A DNA stretch of 64,000 nt from Narcine bancroftii (Eukaryota). The first letter of the stretch is position 1; every line of letters starts with the position of its first letter. A model generated the notes under the pieces. It was not told where the DNA came from and did no database searches. It saw only the letters and a program-made list of their open reading frames with translations. This document shows positions 26,586 to 38,004 of the stretch, piece by piece. The DNA lies in contig NC_091479.1 in assembly GCF_036971445.1 (NCBI RefSeq), positions 99,882,001 to 99,946,000 on the forward strand, given 5' to 3'. The position numbers and the translations under genes were made by a program.

Positions 26586-27169
26586 CCATGAGTTTCCCCT
26601 GGGTGCTCCGGCTCCTCACCAGATCCTAAACAGTTGCGGGTAGGTTGGTTAACTGGCCATTGTAAATTGCCCCTAGCATGTTGGTGAGTGGTTGAACCTG
26701 TGGGGGGGGGAGATGGGAATATCAGAATAAAATAGGACACGTGTGAGCCGTGCAAATTGGTGGTTGAGGCGAACGGTGTGGGCATGTTTCTCTTTATTTG
26801 GGAAGGTAATGCAAAACCTTTCTGTTGCCTGTGTCATAACTAACTGGCTGTAGCTGAGTATACCCCGCTTCCTAGATAAGTTTCTTAACCAAGGCTAGCC
26901 TTCAGTTTCAGGAACATCATGGACACAGTTCAAATATGCAATGAGAAGGTCACAATACAAAACAAAATGATAGATTTTAATGCATCTCTGCAATAATGGG
27001 AATTGGTTTTGACACAAACACAACCCAATCAGTCTTTAAGCTCCAGGTGAAAACAATGCACTTTTTAATCAGTTGCAGCTTAAAACACAGTGGGAATATT
27101 CAACATCATGTGACTTCTGAATCTTTGGGATTTCTATTAAATCCACCTCCTGCTTGACTCCATAATTTT

Positions 27170-27370
27170 TGGGTGGTATGGTTGGCATAGCAATTAGCGC
27201 AACACTTTTACGGCGCCAGCGATCGGGACAGGGTTTGAATCCTGTGCTGTCTATGAGGAGTTTGTACGTTCTCTCTGTATCTGCATGGATTTTTCCTGAG
27301 GGCTCCGGTTTCTTCCCACCGTTCGAAATGTACTGGGGATGTAGGTTAATGGGGTGTAAAATTGGGTGCC
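27170..27370 (+). mobile_element. V-SINE (HE1-like), 3'-truncated
   Basis: Head and V-domain, abutting an antisense Rex-type tail. Confidence 0.82.
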
Positions 27371-27949
27371 AGGCAGAATTACCACTTATTGGTTGTGCAA
27401 AAGAAAACTGTTCACAACATACACATGTAAACAAATAAAGAAACGTAAGCAAACGGTGCAACACAGAGAGGAAAAAAAAATCAATAAACTGCAAAAGTAA
27501 GAGCCCTTAAATGAGCCTCTGAGTTTGTCATTGAGTTTGTCTGATGGTGGAGGGGGAGCAGCTGTTCCTGAACTTCTCTGTGTTTAGGGATGGGGATCTA
27601 GAGCTTGAGAAGAGGATCATGGATTCTTGCAGGGAGAATCCCTGAGTTTGAGGTGGAGAATCTGGAGTTTTAGGGAGAGGGATCATAGAATGCAGGGAGG
27701 GGATTCCAGTTTCAACAGAAGATTCCAGGGACTAGCTTAATACCCTTTAACTTTGGGCAATAAAATCTTGGACTCCTGATGCCGGAAAGGGGGATCAGGT
27801 GTATCAAGGACTGTTACAAACGATGGCAGCTCATGTCATCCGACCAGTTGAGAAACAAATACAATTTGTTTAATTGAACATTCTTCTGCAAACTGAAAAT
27901 AAGATCTTACTTAAGAGAAAACTGGGACCATCTATGACCCTACCTAGAT

Positions 27950-28905
27950 GTAGTAATGTGGAGATTCTAATTCAACAGAGAAATGTGCTTAAATTTATCT
28001 CTAAGATTTATCTCTCATTTTCCAAAGTGAGGGCCCGAAGCCGGGCTTACACAGGTCGAGGGAGAGATGGGAGTCGGACTTGGGCACAACAATCAATGAA
28101 GAGTGGTGGCAAGACCTGTGTCTGGACAGTGTGACTGGGGTCATCAATATAACTTCTTGCACCATTTGTACTTCGCACCATAAAAATTACACAAATCAAA
28201 GCCAGGAGTTTCAGAAATGTGTGGCGTGGAGGTTGGAACTTTTGTCCACTTCACTTGGCTATATACAAAGGTGAGATCTTTCTGGGAAGACCTGGGGGGC
28301 ATTCTAAAAAAAAATTACAAAAGTGGATTTTCCACAGGATCCGGAGTTGTACTTTCTGGGAGATATTTGGCACATGAGTTTTAGATTCTCCAAATACCAA
28401 ATTTCGTTTGTGAAAGTCGCCCTGGCAGTAACTAGGGAGTGTCTAGTGGTTTTGTGAAAGTCCAACTCCCAACTAAATACCACATGATGGAATATGGAAA
28501 TGCAGAGTTTCATCCTCTGGAGAAAATCACATACAATCGAAGGAAGAAACACGACACATTCGTTAAGGTGTGGCAACCTTAGGTGAAAAATATTGGCGCA
28601 CAGATTGATTTGTTCCCCACCCCTTCAAAATAGGGGTAGTGTAGTAATCTGTCCCAACAGGGAAACAAATGTGATCAAAGAATTGGGACATGATGCAGAC
28701 AATGGGTTTCCTTCACTTTCGGTTTGAGTTTTTAAAAACTTTCTTTTTCATTTCATTTAATTGGCTGGACTTTCAGTGGTATGAAGATGGGGAGGTGGGA
28801 GGGGGATAGATACAAACTCTATGTTGCATGAATGTTAAAAAAAACCATTATATTGCTTGTTTGAATTTTACAAGACTATGAAAATTAAAATAAATATTCA
28901 AAAAG
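27950..28905 (+). mobile_element. Old L1 3' fragment
   Basis: Degraded match to the ORF2 C-terminus (gtgaaagtcgccctggcagta, ctggagaaaatcacatac); ends aataaatattcaaaaa. The left boundary is uncertain. Confidence 0.68.
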
Positions 28906-29579
28906 AAGAGGATTGCTAGTTCCCAGAGTGTGGTTAAAGGAATTCTAGTGAGGAGATTCTGAGGTTTGGAAGAAGATCCCAAGCTGAGGGATAGGACTTT
29001 GAGTTTAGGATCTAGTGGACTGCATTTGTACATTAATACACAAGGTTGAAGTTGGAGAAACACAGAGTTGATCAAGTTTCCTCACTACGTAACCCTCCAT
29101 TTTCCTCAGTTCCATGAACGACAGTCTCTTAAAAAGATTCCATTGTCCCTGCCTCCACCTCCATTTGCCGATAGCACATTCCATGCACCCGCCCCTCTCT
29201 ATGAGAAAAATGTACCTCTTGCATCCCACTGTACTCACTCCCAAGCACCTTAAATCTATGCCCCCTTCGTATTAGCCGTTTCAGCCCTGGAGGGGGGGGG
29301 GGGGGAAGCCTCTGGCCGTTCACACGATCAATGCCTCTCATCATCTTGCATACCCCTATCAGGTCTCCCTTCACCTTCTGTTGCTCAATGTTCACTCAAC
29401 CTAACCTCATATGGCCGGCTTGTTAATAAACTCATTGATGAGAGCATTCAGAATAAGACAATGATCAGTTTTGGAGCAGTAGAGATCATTGAATATAGGA
29501 ATTGATGCAGGTTTGGATTTGCTTGATCCATAAAATCATTCTGAACCATCCACCTCAGGCTACAAAAGGACTGATAGAA

Positions 29580-29760
29580 GAAAAAAATGCTGAGAAACTA
29601 AAGGGGGGAGGGGGGGGTTAAAGCATATTTTATTTGATTGCTTTTGGCCTGAGCCCTTCATCAAGGTATAAGCAAAATGTGGGCAGCGCCTGAATAAAAT
29701 TGTGGGGAGAGGGGCAGGGGATGAGCAGAATCCCACAGGCAGGAGGTAATAGGTGTGCAG
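29580..29760 (-). mobile_element. Penelope-like pseudo-LTR fragment
   Basis: ggcctgagcccttcatcaaggtataagc...cgcctgaataaaattg; same family. Confidence 0.72.
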
Positions 29761-30244
29761 GTACTTGAGATCCTTGTTGATAGACCCCCTCCCCCCTAAA
29801 AACATACACCCAAGTGCAAAAAATCAAATGGAAAATTAGTTTCTACTCCTTTAACTGAGACTTAAATTTCAGATCCAACAATCGTTTGGTGTGACCCTCA
29901 ATCCTTCAAGCCTGGAGGTTAATATTTTGTAATGCAGCCTAGAAGACTAAATAGCGCATGTGGTTAGCTGTTGCGTTTAGCCCAGTGTCACCGTGGTTCA
30001 AGGAGCAACACTAGGACAAAGAGCATTAATCATGTAGGGTTGGGAAACTTCTCTGAAAGGGTAGTTCAACCATCATTATCTGGCTTTCACTGAGGCTTAT
30101 AGAGGAAAACAAAGTGCTGCATGAACTTGAGGGGTCGACCAGCATTTTATACACTCCTTGCTAACTGTGTATATTTATTGTTTATTTTATTTCACTTCCT
30201 TTTATACTCATTAGCTTTTCTCCCTCTTTCTAGTATCTAGCTGA

Positions 30245-30757
30245 CCAGCTGCATCACGGTCTGGTGTGGGGGATACCAATACTCCTGAGCACAAAACCCT
30301 CCAAAAGATAGTGGACACAGCCCAGGACATCACAGGCAAAACCCTCCCCACTATCCAGAGCATCTCCAGGGAACGCTGCTGTCGGAGAGCAGCAGCAATC
30401 GTCAAGGATCCACATCACCCAGCACGTGCTCTGTTCTCGCTGCGACCATCAGGGAAGATGTCTAGATGCCACAAGACTCCCACCACCAGGTTCAGGTCCA
30501 GCTGCTCCCCCTCCACCATCAAACTCCTCAACAACAAACTCAATCAGGGATTCACTTAAGGACTCTTGCACTTTATTGATTTTTCTCTCTCTATATTTCA
30601 CAGTTTGTATACATTTAATCATTTGTTTACTTGTGTACATTGTGTACAGTTTTTTTTTTGCACTGCCAATAAGTGGTAATTCTGCCTGGCCCGCAGGAAA
30701 AAGAATCTCAGGTTTGTATGTGATGTCATGTATGTACTCTGACAATAAATCTGAATC
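30245..30757 (+). mobile_element. Rex1/Babar-type LINE 3' fragment
   Basis: LQKIVDTAQDITG...IVKDPHHPARALFSLRPSGK; tail ctgacaataaatctgaatct. Confidence 0.82.
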
Positions 30758-32212
30758 TTATGAGCTAACTATACCTAATTATTATCAGTGTGTTTTATGC
30801 ACTTGTGGACCTGCAGCGTTCAGTGCAACTTTACATTGTACTTTTGCATCTGACAATAAACACATTCATCTATTTCCATCTCGGACGCTGCAATGGAAGT
30901 TCTTTGAGGATTTCCCCCACTTTATAACTCTGACAAGCACCAGGGGATCTGGAGAGGTGATGGTAGGGATGAAAGGGTCATTTTAATCCCAGGTCATTTT
31001 AAGTTATAAGCAATGTTAAGATTTGAATGAATCTCAAACCCACTCAGGTGACAAGAACAATATCACCACATCCTGGTCTATCTGTGCCCGCTCTCCTGCT
31101 CTCTATAATGAGGCCCAATTCCTCTTGGGCAGCATGGTTAGCACGAGCGACCCGGGTTTGAATCCAGTGCTGTCTGTAAGGTGCTCGTACACTGTGTCTG
31201 CCGGGTTTTTCCCCGGGTGCTCCAGTTTCCTCCCGCCATCTAAAAACAGTGGTTTTCAAACTTTTTTCTTTCCACTCACACACCACCTTAATCCCTCTCT
31301 GATTATCAGAACAGGCCATCGTTTTGTTTTCTTCCTTTCTCGTGTATGTTCTGACCTCATCTTCAACACAGAACAACTCCTCCGGCAGCACATTCCATAT
31401 AGCCCCTGCGCAAAAAAGTTACCTCTCTCGTCCCTGTTAAATCTCTCCCCCCTCACTCTAAACCTCTGTCCTCTGGTTACGGATTCCCCTACTTTGGGCA
31501 AAAGGCTCCATGCGTTCACCCAATCCATAATAGGTTAGAATAGTAGGAAATCTTTCTCCTGGACCAAAGGCATCTAAAGCTCTGGGGTACAGGTTTAGGG
31601 GTTGGGCTGAGTCGTTTCAAGGAAATCTGGGGAAGAACTTTCTCACTAAGAGGATGGCTGGTACTTGAACTCACTGTTCAAGTCAGGCACCCTCACACTA
31701 TTTAAGAAGTATCCATACAAGCTTTTAAAACACCCAGATATGGAAGCTCTAGACTTGGGGCTGGTAAATAAGGCTTAGTAGAGGTGGGTATTAAAATGAT
31801 TAGGAAGGACACGATCCCTGTCTCTGTGCTGTCTATGAACCCTTTCTCACCATGAATCGATGACTCTGGAAGAGTTACCAGGCTTCTAAGACTAGAGACT
31901 TCTTATTATGAGGAGGGACGTGCTCGATTAAGGTTGGTTTATTGAAACCAGGGAGGTTGAGGGGAGATGCCGCTGGTTTAATGGCCATGCTGGAAAAAAG
32001 AGCAGGCCAGTCAGCCTCTGTGAACAGAGAACGAGCCCCACTTTGGGTCCGCAACCCTTCTTGGAGATTGAACTGAGGGGGCAAAATAGGCTGAAAGGCC
32101 TGTGAGCATCACACTCGTTTGATCTGGCAATTAGTGTTAATCACAAAACTGGTCAAATTTTACTTTCAAGGCATGTAGAGGAGGTTTCTGTACAACACTG
32201 AGGGCCGAAGAG

Positions 32213-32534
32213 CATTGATTCCCTCTAAGCTGTGTGCATGTGCACACGTGCATTCGCTTTGCAACCAGGGAACGAATGTATGCACAAAAGGCTAGTAACT
32301 TAGTTCAAAGAATGGAATAAAATCTTAACTAAACACGTTACTTTGTAGAACGTAATCTTACTTGTATTATATTAAAATGCGTCGATATAGTTTAATTGGC
32401 CATGAGAGAGAGTCTGGGCCAAAATTATCTTGAAACAATTTCAAGTTTACATTTGCACAAGCATTCAGTGCGCACAAACCTTGGCACAGCTTAAGATTTT
32501 TTTTGTGCACACAAAAATTGGAGCGGGAACATTG
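32213..32534. mobile_element. hAT-like MITE
   Basis: Imperfect TIRs cattgattccctctaa / ttggagcgggaacattg; 8-bp TSD ccgaagag / cagaagag. Confidence 0.7.
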
Positions 32535-33468
32535 CAGAAGAGCCTATACGGTGTTGTGGTGTTTGACTTTCTATCTCAGGGCTGGCTTCATCCATTGAGA
32601 AAAGCACACAGTTTTAATAAAAAGCCTCGTCGCCTCTGCTGGAGTCCCCAGAACCTCTCGAACCCAGAACCTACTCATTCATAGAGAGGTCCCCACTAAC
32701 CCAATAATCCTTAATAATTTTTGAAGTAATATTTAACTCAAACGAAGCCTTTCTGGGAGATGATTTTTTTTTGGCATGAAGGCTGTGTGAATAATCTGGG
32801 AAGATGTTTGTAAATAAACCTTCAGCAATAGAAAACAGACAATATTCCAAAAAGTGGCCTTGTGTGATCTTTCAGGGTTTCAAGAGCTTAGGTTACTGTG
32901 ATAACCTCTCCAAGGGAAAATAACTAAAGCACGAAGTGAGGACGTCCTGACCTACAGGAGCACTTCTCACAAAACACAAGCCAAACCAGAATAATTTCTA
33001 TTTTCTTATCACAATAATAACAATTTAAACGACTGTTCCCGGGATACAGGATTATACAGCGTTGAAACAGACCCTTCGTCCCCTGTCCATGCTAGCCATC
33101 TACATGCTACCCATTTACACTTCCCCTACACCCACCCCATTTTTATTCTCCCCACATTCCCATCAGCTCCCCCCAGATTCAACCACCCGTGGGGGCAATT
33201 TAGTCGATGTCTTTTAGAGCGGGCATCACTGGTGATGCCAGCATCGATTACCCAACCAATGCTGTAAGTGATCCTGAGTTTCTAGCGGAGTGGGGGAACT
33301 TGGGAGTGAGCTGATTGAAGTGAGGGGAGACTAAAAGGGATTGGAAGATTAGTGTTAAAAATGGCCGCTACATGGTTCGTGCAGATTCAATCAACTGCGT
33401 GGTGTAACTCAATACAATGTCCTGAGGTTCTTTATAAGACCATTGCTTCAGTCAATGTAATCTGATGC

Positions 33469-34600
33469 CCATGATTCGGAGCCGAACAGGAGTGTGGGTA
33501 TGACAACGGCTCTGTATACGCTTATCTTTGTGAGGTTTTTCATTTGGTTGTTTTTCCAGACTCTTTTGTGTAGTCTTCCAAAGGCGCTATTTGCCTTGGC
33601 GAGTCTGTTGTCTATCTCGTTGTCGATCCTTGCATCTGATGAAATGGTGCAGCCGAGATAGGTAAACTGGTTGACTGTTTTGAGTTTTGTGTGCCCGATG
33701 GAGATGTGGGGGAGCTGGTAGTCATGGTGGGGAGCTGGCTGATGGAGGACCTCAGTTTTCTTCAGGCTGACTTCCAGGCCAACATTTTGGCAGTTTCCGC
33801 AAAACAGGACGTCAAGCGCTGAAGAGCTGGCTCTGAATGGGCAACTAAAGCGGCATCGTCTGCAAAAAGTAGTTCACGGACAAGCTTCTCTTGTATCTTG
33901 GTGTGAGCTTGCAGGCGCCTCAGATTAAAGAGACTGCCATCCGTGCGGTACCGAATGTAAACAGCGTCTTCATTGTTGAGGTCTTTCGGCTCCGAATCAT
34001 GGGTCCTCTACCGGCATCACCTACGGCTCCTAGAACGCTTCCACCAGCATTGTCTCCGCTCCATCCTCAACATTCATTGGAGCGCTTTCATCCCTAACGT
34101 CGAAGTACTCGAGATGGCAGAGGTCGACAGCATTGAAACCACGCTGCTGAAGATCCAGCTGCGCTGGGTGGGTCACGTCTCCAGAATGGAGGACCATCGC
34201 CTTCCCAAGATCGTGTTATATGGCGAGCTCTCCACTGGCCACCGTGACAGAGGTGCACCAAAGAAAAGGTACAAGGACTGCCTAAAGAAATCTCTTGGTG
34301 CCTGCCCCATTGACCACCGCCAGTGGGCTGATATCGCCTCAAATCGTGCATCTTGGCGCCTCACAGTTCGGCGGGCAGCAACCTCCTTTGAAGAAGACCG
34401 CAGAGCCCACCTCACTGACAAAAGGCAAAGGAGGAAAAACCCAACACCCAACCCCAACCAACCAATTTTCCCCTGCAACCACTGCAACCGTGTCTGCCTG
34501 TCCCGCATCAGACTTGTCAGCCACAAACGAGCCTGCAGCTGACGTGGACATTTACCCCCTCCATAAATCTTCGTCCGCGAAGCCAAGCCAAAGAAAGAAG
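33469..34600 (+). mobile_element. RTE-clade (BovB-like) LINE, 5'-truncated, with inverted 5' half (33469-33984 minus, 33985-34600 plus)
   Basis: RT LLFADD region on the minus strand. C-terminal part QLRWVGHVSRMEDHRLPKIVLYGEL...CNHCNRVCLSRIRLVSHKRAC on the plus strand. (AAG)-type tail. TSD aatctgatgc at 33459-33468 and 34601-34610. Confidence 0.92.
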
Positions 34601-35502
34601 AATCTGATGCTGAAGAACAAGTGTCTCTTTAAACCTGTTTTTTTTTAATTCATTAGTCTTTGAATCATGTCATCAATTGTTTTCTGAGCTGCAATAATGT
34701 TTTTAAATCTCCATAAAGGTGGCCTGCGAAAATCTCCTTGATTCAGAGAAGGGATGGAGTTTTGAACTGCCTGTACCTCCTGTAGTTCTGTCTGCACACC
34801 TTAATTAGACGATCATTTGATGGCTACCCGGATAGGAAAGGTTCAGATGGATAAAGGCCAAATGCGGGCAAATGGATCTAACTCTGGAAAACAACTGGTT
34901 TGGCATGAACCTGGTGCTTAAGGGGTCTATGTGTGTGCTATAAAACTGTGACCCAACATTAGATCTCAATAGCTATGACAGAATTTTAATATTGGAGTAA
35001 TATCATTATTACATTGCCAACTGGCAGAGAATTTCCTCTATTATTTTGGAGATCTGCTCCAAAATGTCATACCTGTCAAATCATTTCATGCACACATTGA
35101 GAGACATTACATCCCTTGGCACTTGAGGAATATAGAACTGCACACTACAGACCTTTCAGTACATGATGTGTCGACCAATGTAAACCTCCACCATAACAAC
35201 CTAACCCTTCCCTATCTCACACCTCTATTTTTCTTACATCTAAGGGTCTTTTGAATGTCCCTCTTGTTCCAGCCTCCACCATCACCCCTGGCAAGGCGTT
35301 CCAGCCACACATCACTCTCTGTGTATAAAAAACCCTACCTTTAATGTCCCCCCCATAAACTTTCCTCCGCTCACCTTAAACAAATGGCCTCTGGTATTTA
35401 CTATGCTCACCCCAGGGAAAAAGTTAGGGTTAGGCTGACCATGTTCCTCATAATCCACCTGCAGCTTCAAGCAACTGGGAAAAAAAAAATCCCAGAAAAT
35501 CT

Positions 35503-36457
35503 TTTTCTTTGCGGACGAAGATTTATGGAGGGGAAGGTAAAATTGGTGGGTTGGGGTTGGGTGTTGGGTTTTACCTCCTTTGTCTTTTGACAGTGAGGTG
35601 GGCTCTGCGGTCTTCTTCAAAGGAGGTTGCTGCCCGCCGAACTGTGAGGCGCCAAGATGCACGGTTTGAGGCGATATCAGCCCACTGGCGGTAGTCAATG
35701 TGGCAGGCACCTTTTCTTCAGGCAGTCCTTGTACCTCTTCTTTAGTGGACCTCTGTCTCGGTGGCCAGTGGAGAGCTCGCCATCTTGGGAAGGCGATGGT
35801 CCTCCATTCTGGAGACGTGACCTACCCAGTGCAGTTGGATCTTCAGCAGCATGGATTCGATGCTGTCGGCCTCTGCCATCTCGAGTACTTCGATGTTGGA
35901 GATGAAGTCGCTCCAATGAATGTTGAGGATGCAGCGGAGACAATGCTGGTGGAAGCGTTCTAGGAGCCGTAGGTGATGCTGGTAGAGGACCCATGATTCA
36001 GAGCTGAACAGGAGTGTGGGTATGACAACAACTCTGTATACGCTAATCTTTGTGAGGTTTTTCAGTTGGTTGTTTTTCCAGACTCTTTTGTGTAGTCTTC
36101 CAAAGGCGCTATTTGCCTTGGCGAATCTGTTGTCTATCTCATTGTCGATCCTTGCATCCGATGAAAGGTAAACTGGTTGACCGTTTTGAGTTTTGTGTGC
36201 CCGATGGAGATGTGGGGGGGCTGGTAGTCATGGTGGGGAGCTGGCTGATGGAGGACCTCAGTTTTCTTCAGGCTGACTTCCAGGCCAAACATTTTGGCAG
36301 TTTCTGCAAAACAGGACGTCAAGCGCTGAAGAACTGGCTCTGAATGGGCAACTAAAGCGGCATCGTCTGCAAAGAATAGTTCACGGACAAGTTGCTCTTG
36401 TGTCTTGGTGTGAGCTTGCAGGCGCCTCAGATTGAAGAGACTGCCATCCGTGCGGCA
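35503..36457 (-). mobile_element. Second copy of the same RTE family, non-inverted, with small deletions
   Basis: RTDGSLFNLRRLQAHTKTQEQLVRELFFADDAALVAHS; high nucleotide similarity to 33469-34580. Confidence 0.9.
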
Positions 36458-36844
36458 CTGGAAGAAAGGGTGTGACTCGGTCAACCCCGTCAGAATCCAC
36501 AGAAAATAAATATGTAAAAAATATGGGTTTAAAATTGGCACACCTCGCCATTAATTTGCCAATCATGCAACATGGAACCAGAAAATCACTTATCCAGCAT
36601 CTACCAATCCCCATAGGGTGCCAGGTACCAGGGGTTTTACTGCACCTCTCGTAAGTCACCTCAGTCCAAAGAGAAAACCCCCAGCCTGTCAACTTTACGT
36701 CATATGACACGTTCTCCAATCCAGGCAACATCCTGGTAAATTTCCTCTGCACCTCCACAAAGCATTTACATCTCCTGCAGTGAGGCAACTAGAACTGAAC
36801 GTAAATATTTATCACTTATTTATTTCTGTTTCCTTTTATATTAT

Positions 36845-37068
36845 TGTGATAGTATGGGATCCTTTCACCTCTGTATATATTTGTATATAGTACTAATGAT
36901 ATTGGCTGGGAGCCGTAGCCATACCTACTGGCCAGGTCATAAGGTGCTGCACCTAACCAGACCCAGGTCAGTCTGGACTAGTCGACCTCGATGTACTACT
37001 CTCTGGTCTTTTGGTAATAAAAGCCTTGGTTTGAATCTATAAGTCTCTGAGTCATTTGACGCACTACA
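36845..37068 (+). mobile_element. Probable solo LTR (Gypsy-like)
   Basis: TGT...ACTACA termini, internal AATAAA about 50 bp before the end, imperfect flanks attat / accat. Confidence 0.5.
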
Positions 37069-37642
37069 ACCATCCACTGCTCGGTACAGGCCTGATAAAG
37101 GAGCCAACGGTGTTTTATTTTAAAATCCTGTGGCCACGGGTCTGGGGCCAGGACAGCAGCACCTGTATTCGACAGTGGCTTCAAGGAGTTACAGACTCTG
37201 GGCAAACAAAGGACTAGTGCAGGGCACCAGAAAATGTGGAGACCACCCTGCTCCTCCATCTTTGCAAAGGGCAAAGATACTGACCTACACACTCTCCATT
37301 CACCCTATCCAAGGATATGCAAGGTATGCCCAGAGACAGGGAGAGGGGAATCGGAGAAGTACAGTTTCTATTTTGTGATCTTAGGTGACAGGTTATAAAG
37401 CATTTAAAACAATGAAAGCGATAGGTAAGGTAGAGGCAAGATGATGATTCCACTGGTTTGTGAGATTAGAAATAGCCTCAAGGTTCAGATTTAGGGCAGA
37501 GATGAGGAAGAACTGCTTCTCCCAGAGAGTAGTGAACCTGTGGAGTTCTCTGCCCAGTACAGACTGCGTCATTAGGTTCAGGTTTGTTATGACCTGATTG
37601 TACATACGTACACAACTTGACAAAACATGGGATGATTTGCAC

Positions 37643-38004
37643 CCATGTTCTCAACCTTTTTCTTTCCACCTACATACTACTTTAAGTAATCCCTATGCCA
37701 TTGGCGCTCTGTGATTAGTAAGGCACTGCTTAAGGTGGGATGTGAGTGGGAAGGGAAGGTTGAGAACCACTGCTCTATACCCAATTATTACTGCAATATT
37801 TTGCTTCATTGGCCCATTTCCTTTGGAGTTTTGAAACAGTGCACATAACGAGTCAATTAGGGATGATTAAAACAGTGGTTTTCAAACTTTTTCTTTCCAC
37901 TCACAACCCTCCTTAAGCAATCCCTTACTAATCACAGAGCACCTATGGCATAGGGAATACTTAAAGTGGGATGTGAGTGGAAAGAAAAAGGTTGAGAACC
38001 ACTG
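37643..38004. mobile_element. Composite hAT (Charlie/Buster-like) MITE: two palindromic units of about 130 bp around a 100-bp spacer
   Basis: TIRs cagtggttttcaa / ttgagaaccactg; 8-bp flanks atttgcac and atttacac. Confidence 0.8.

Noticed and set aside
30426-31538. ORFs of 171-186 aa
   Set aside because: Composed of Rex tail, SINE, MITE and CR1 fragments.
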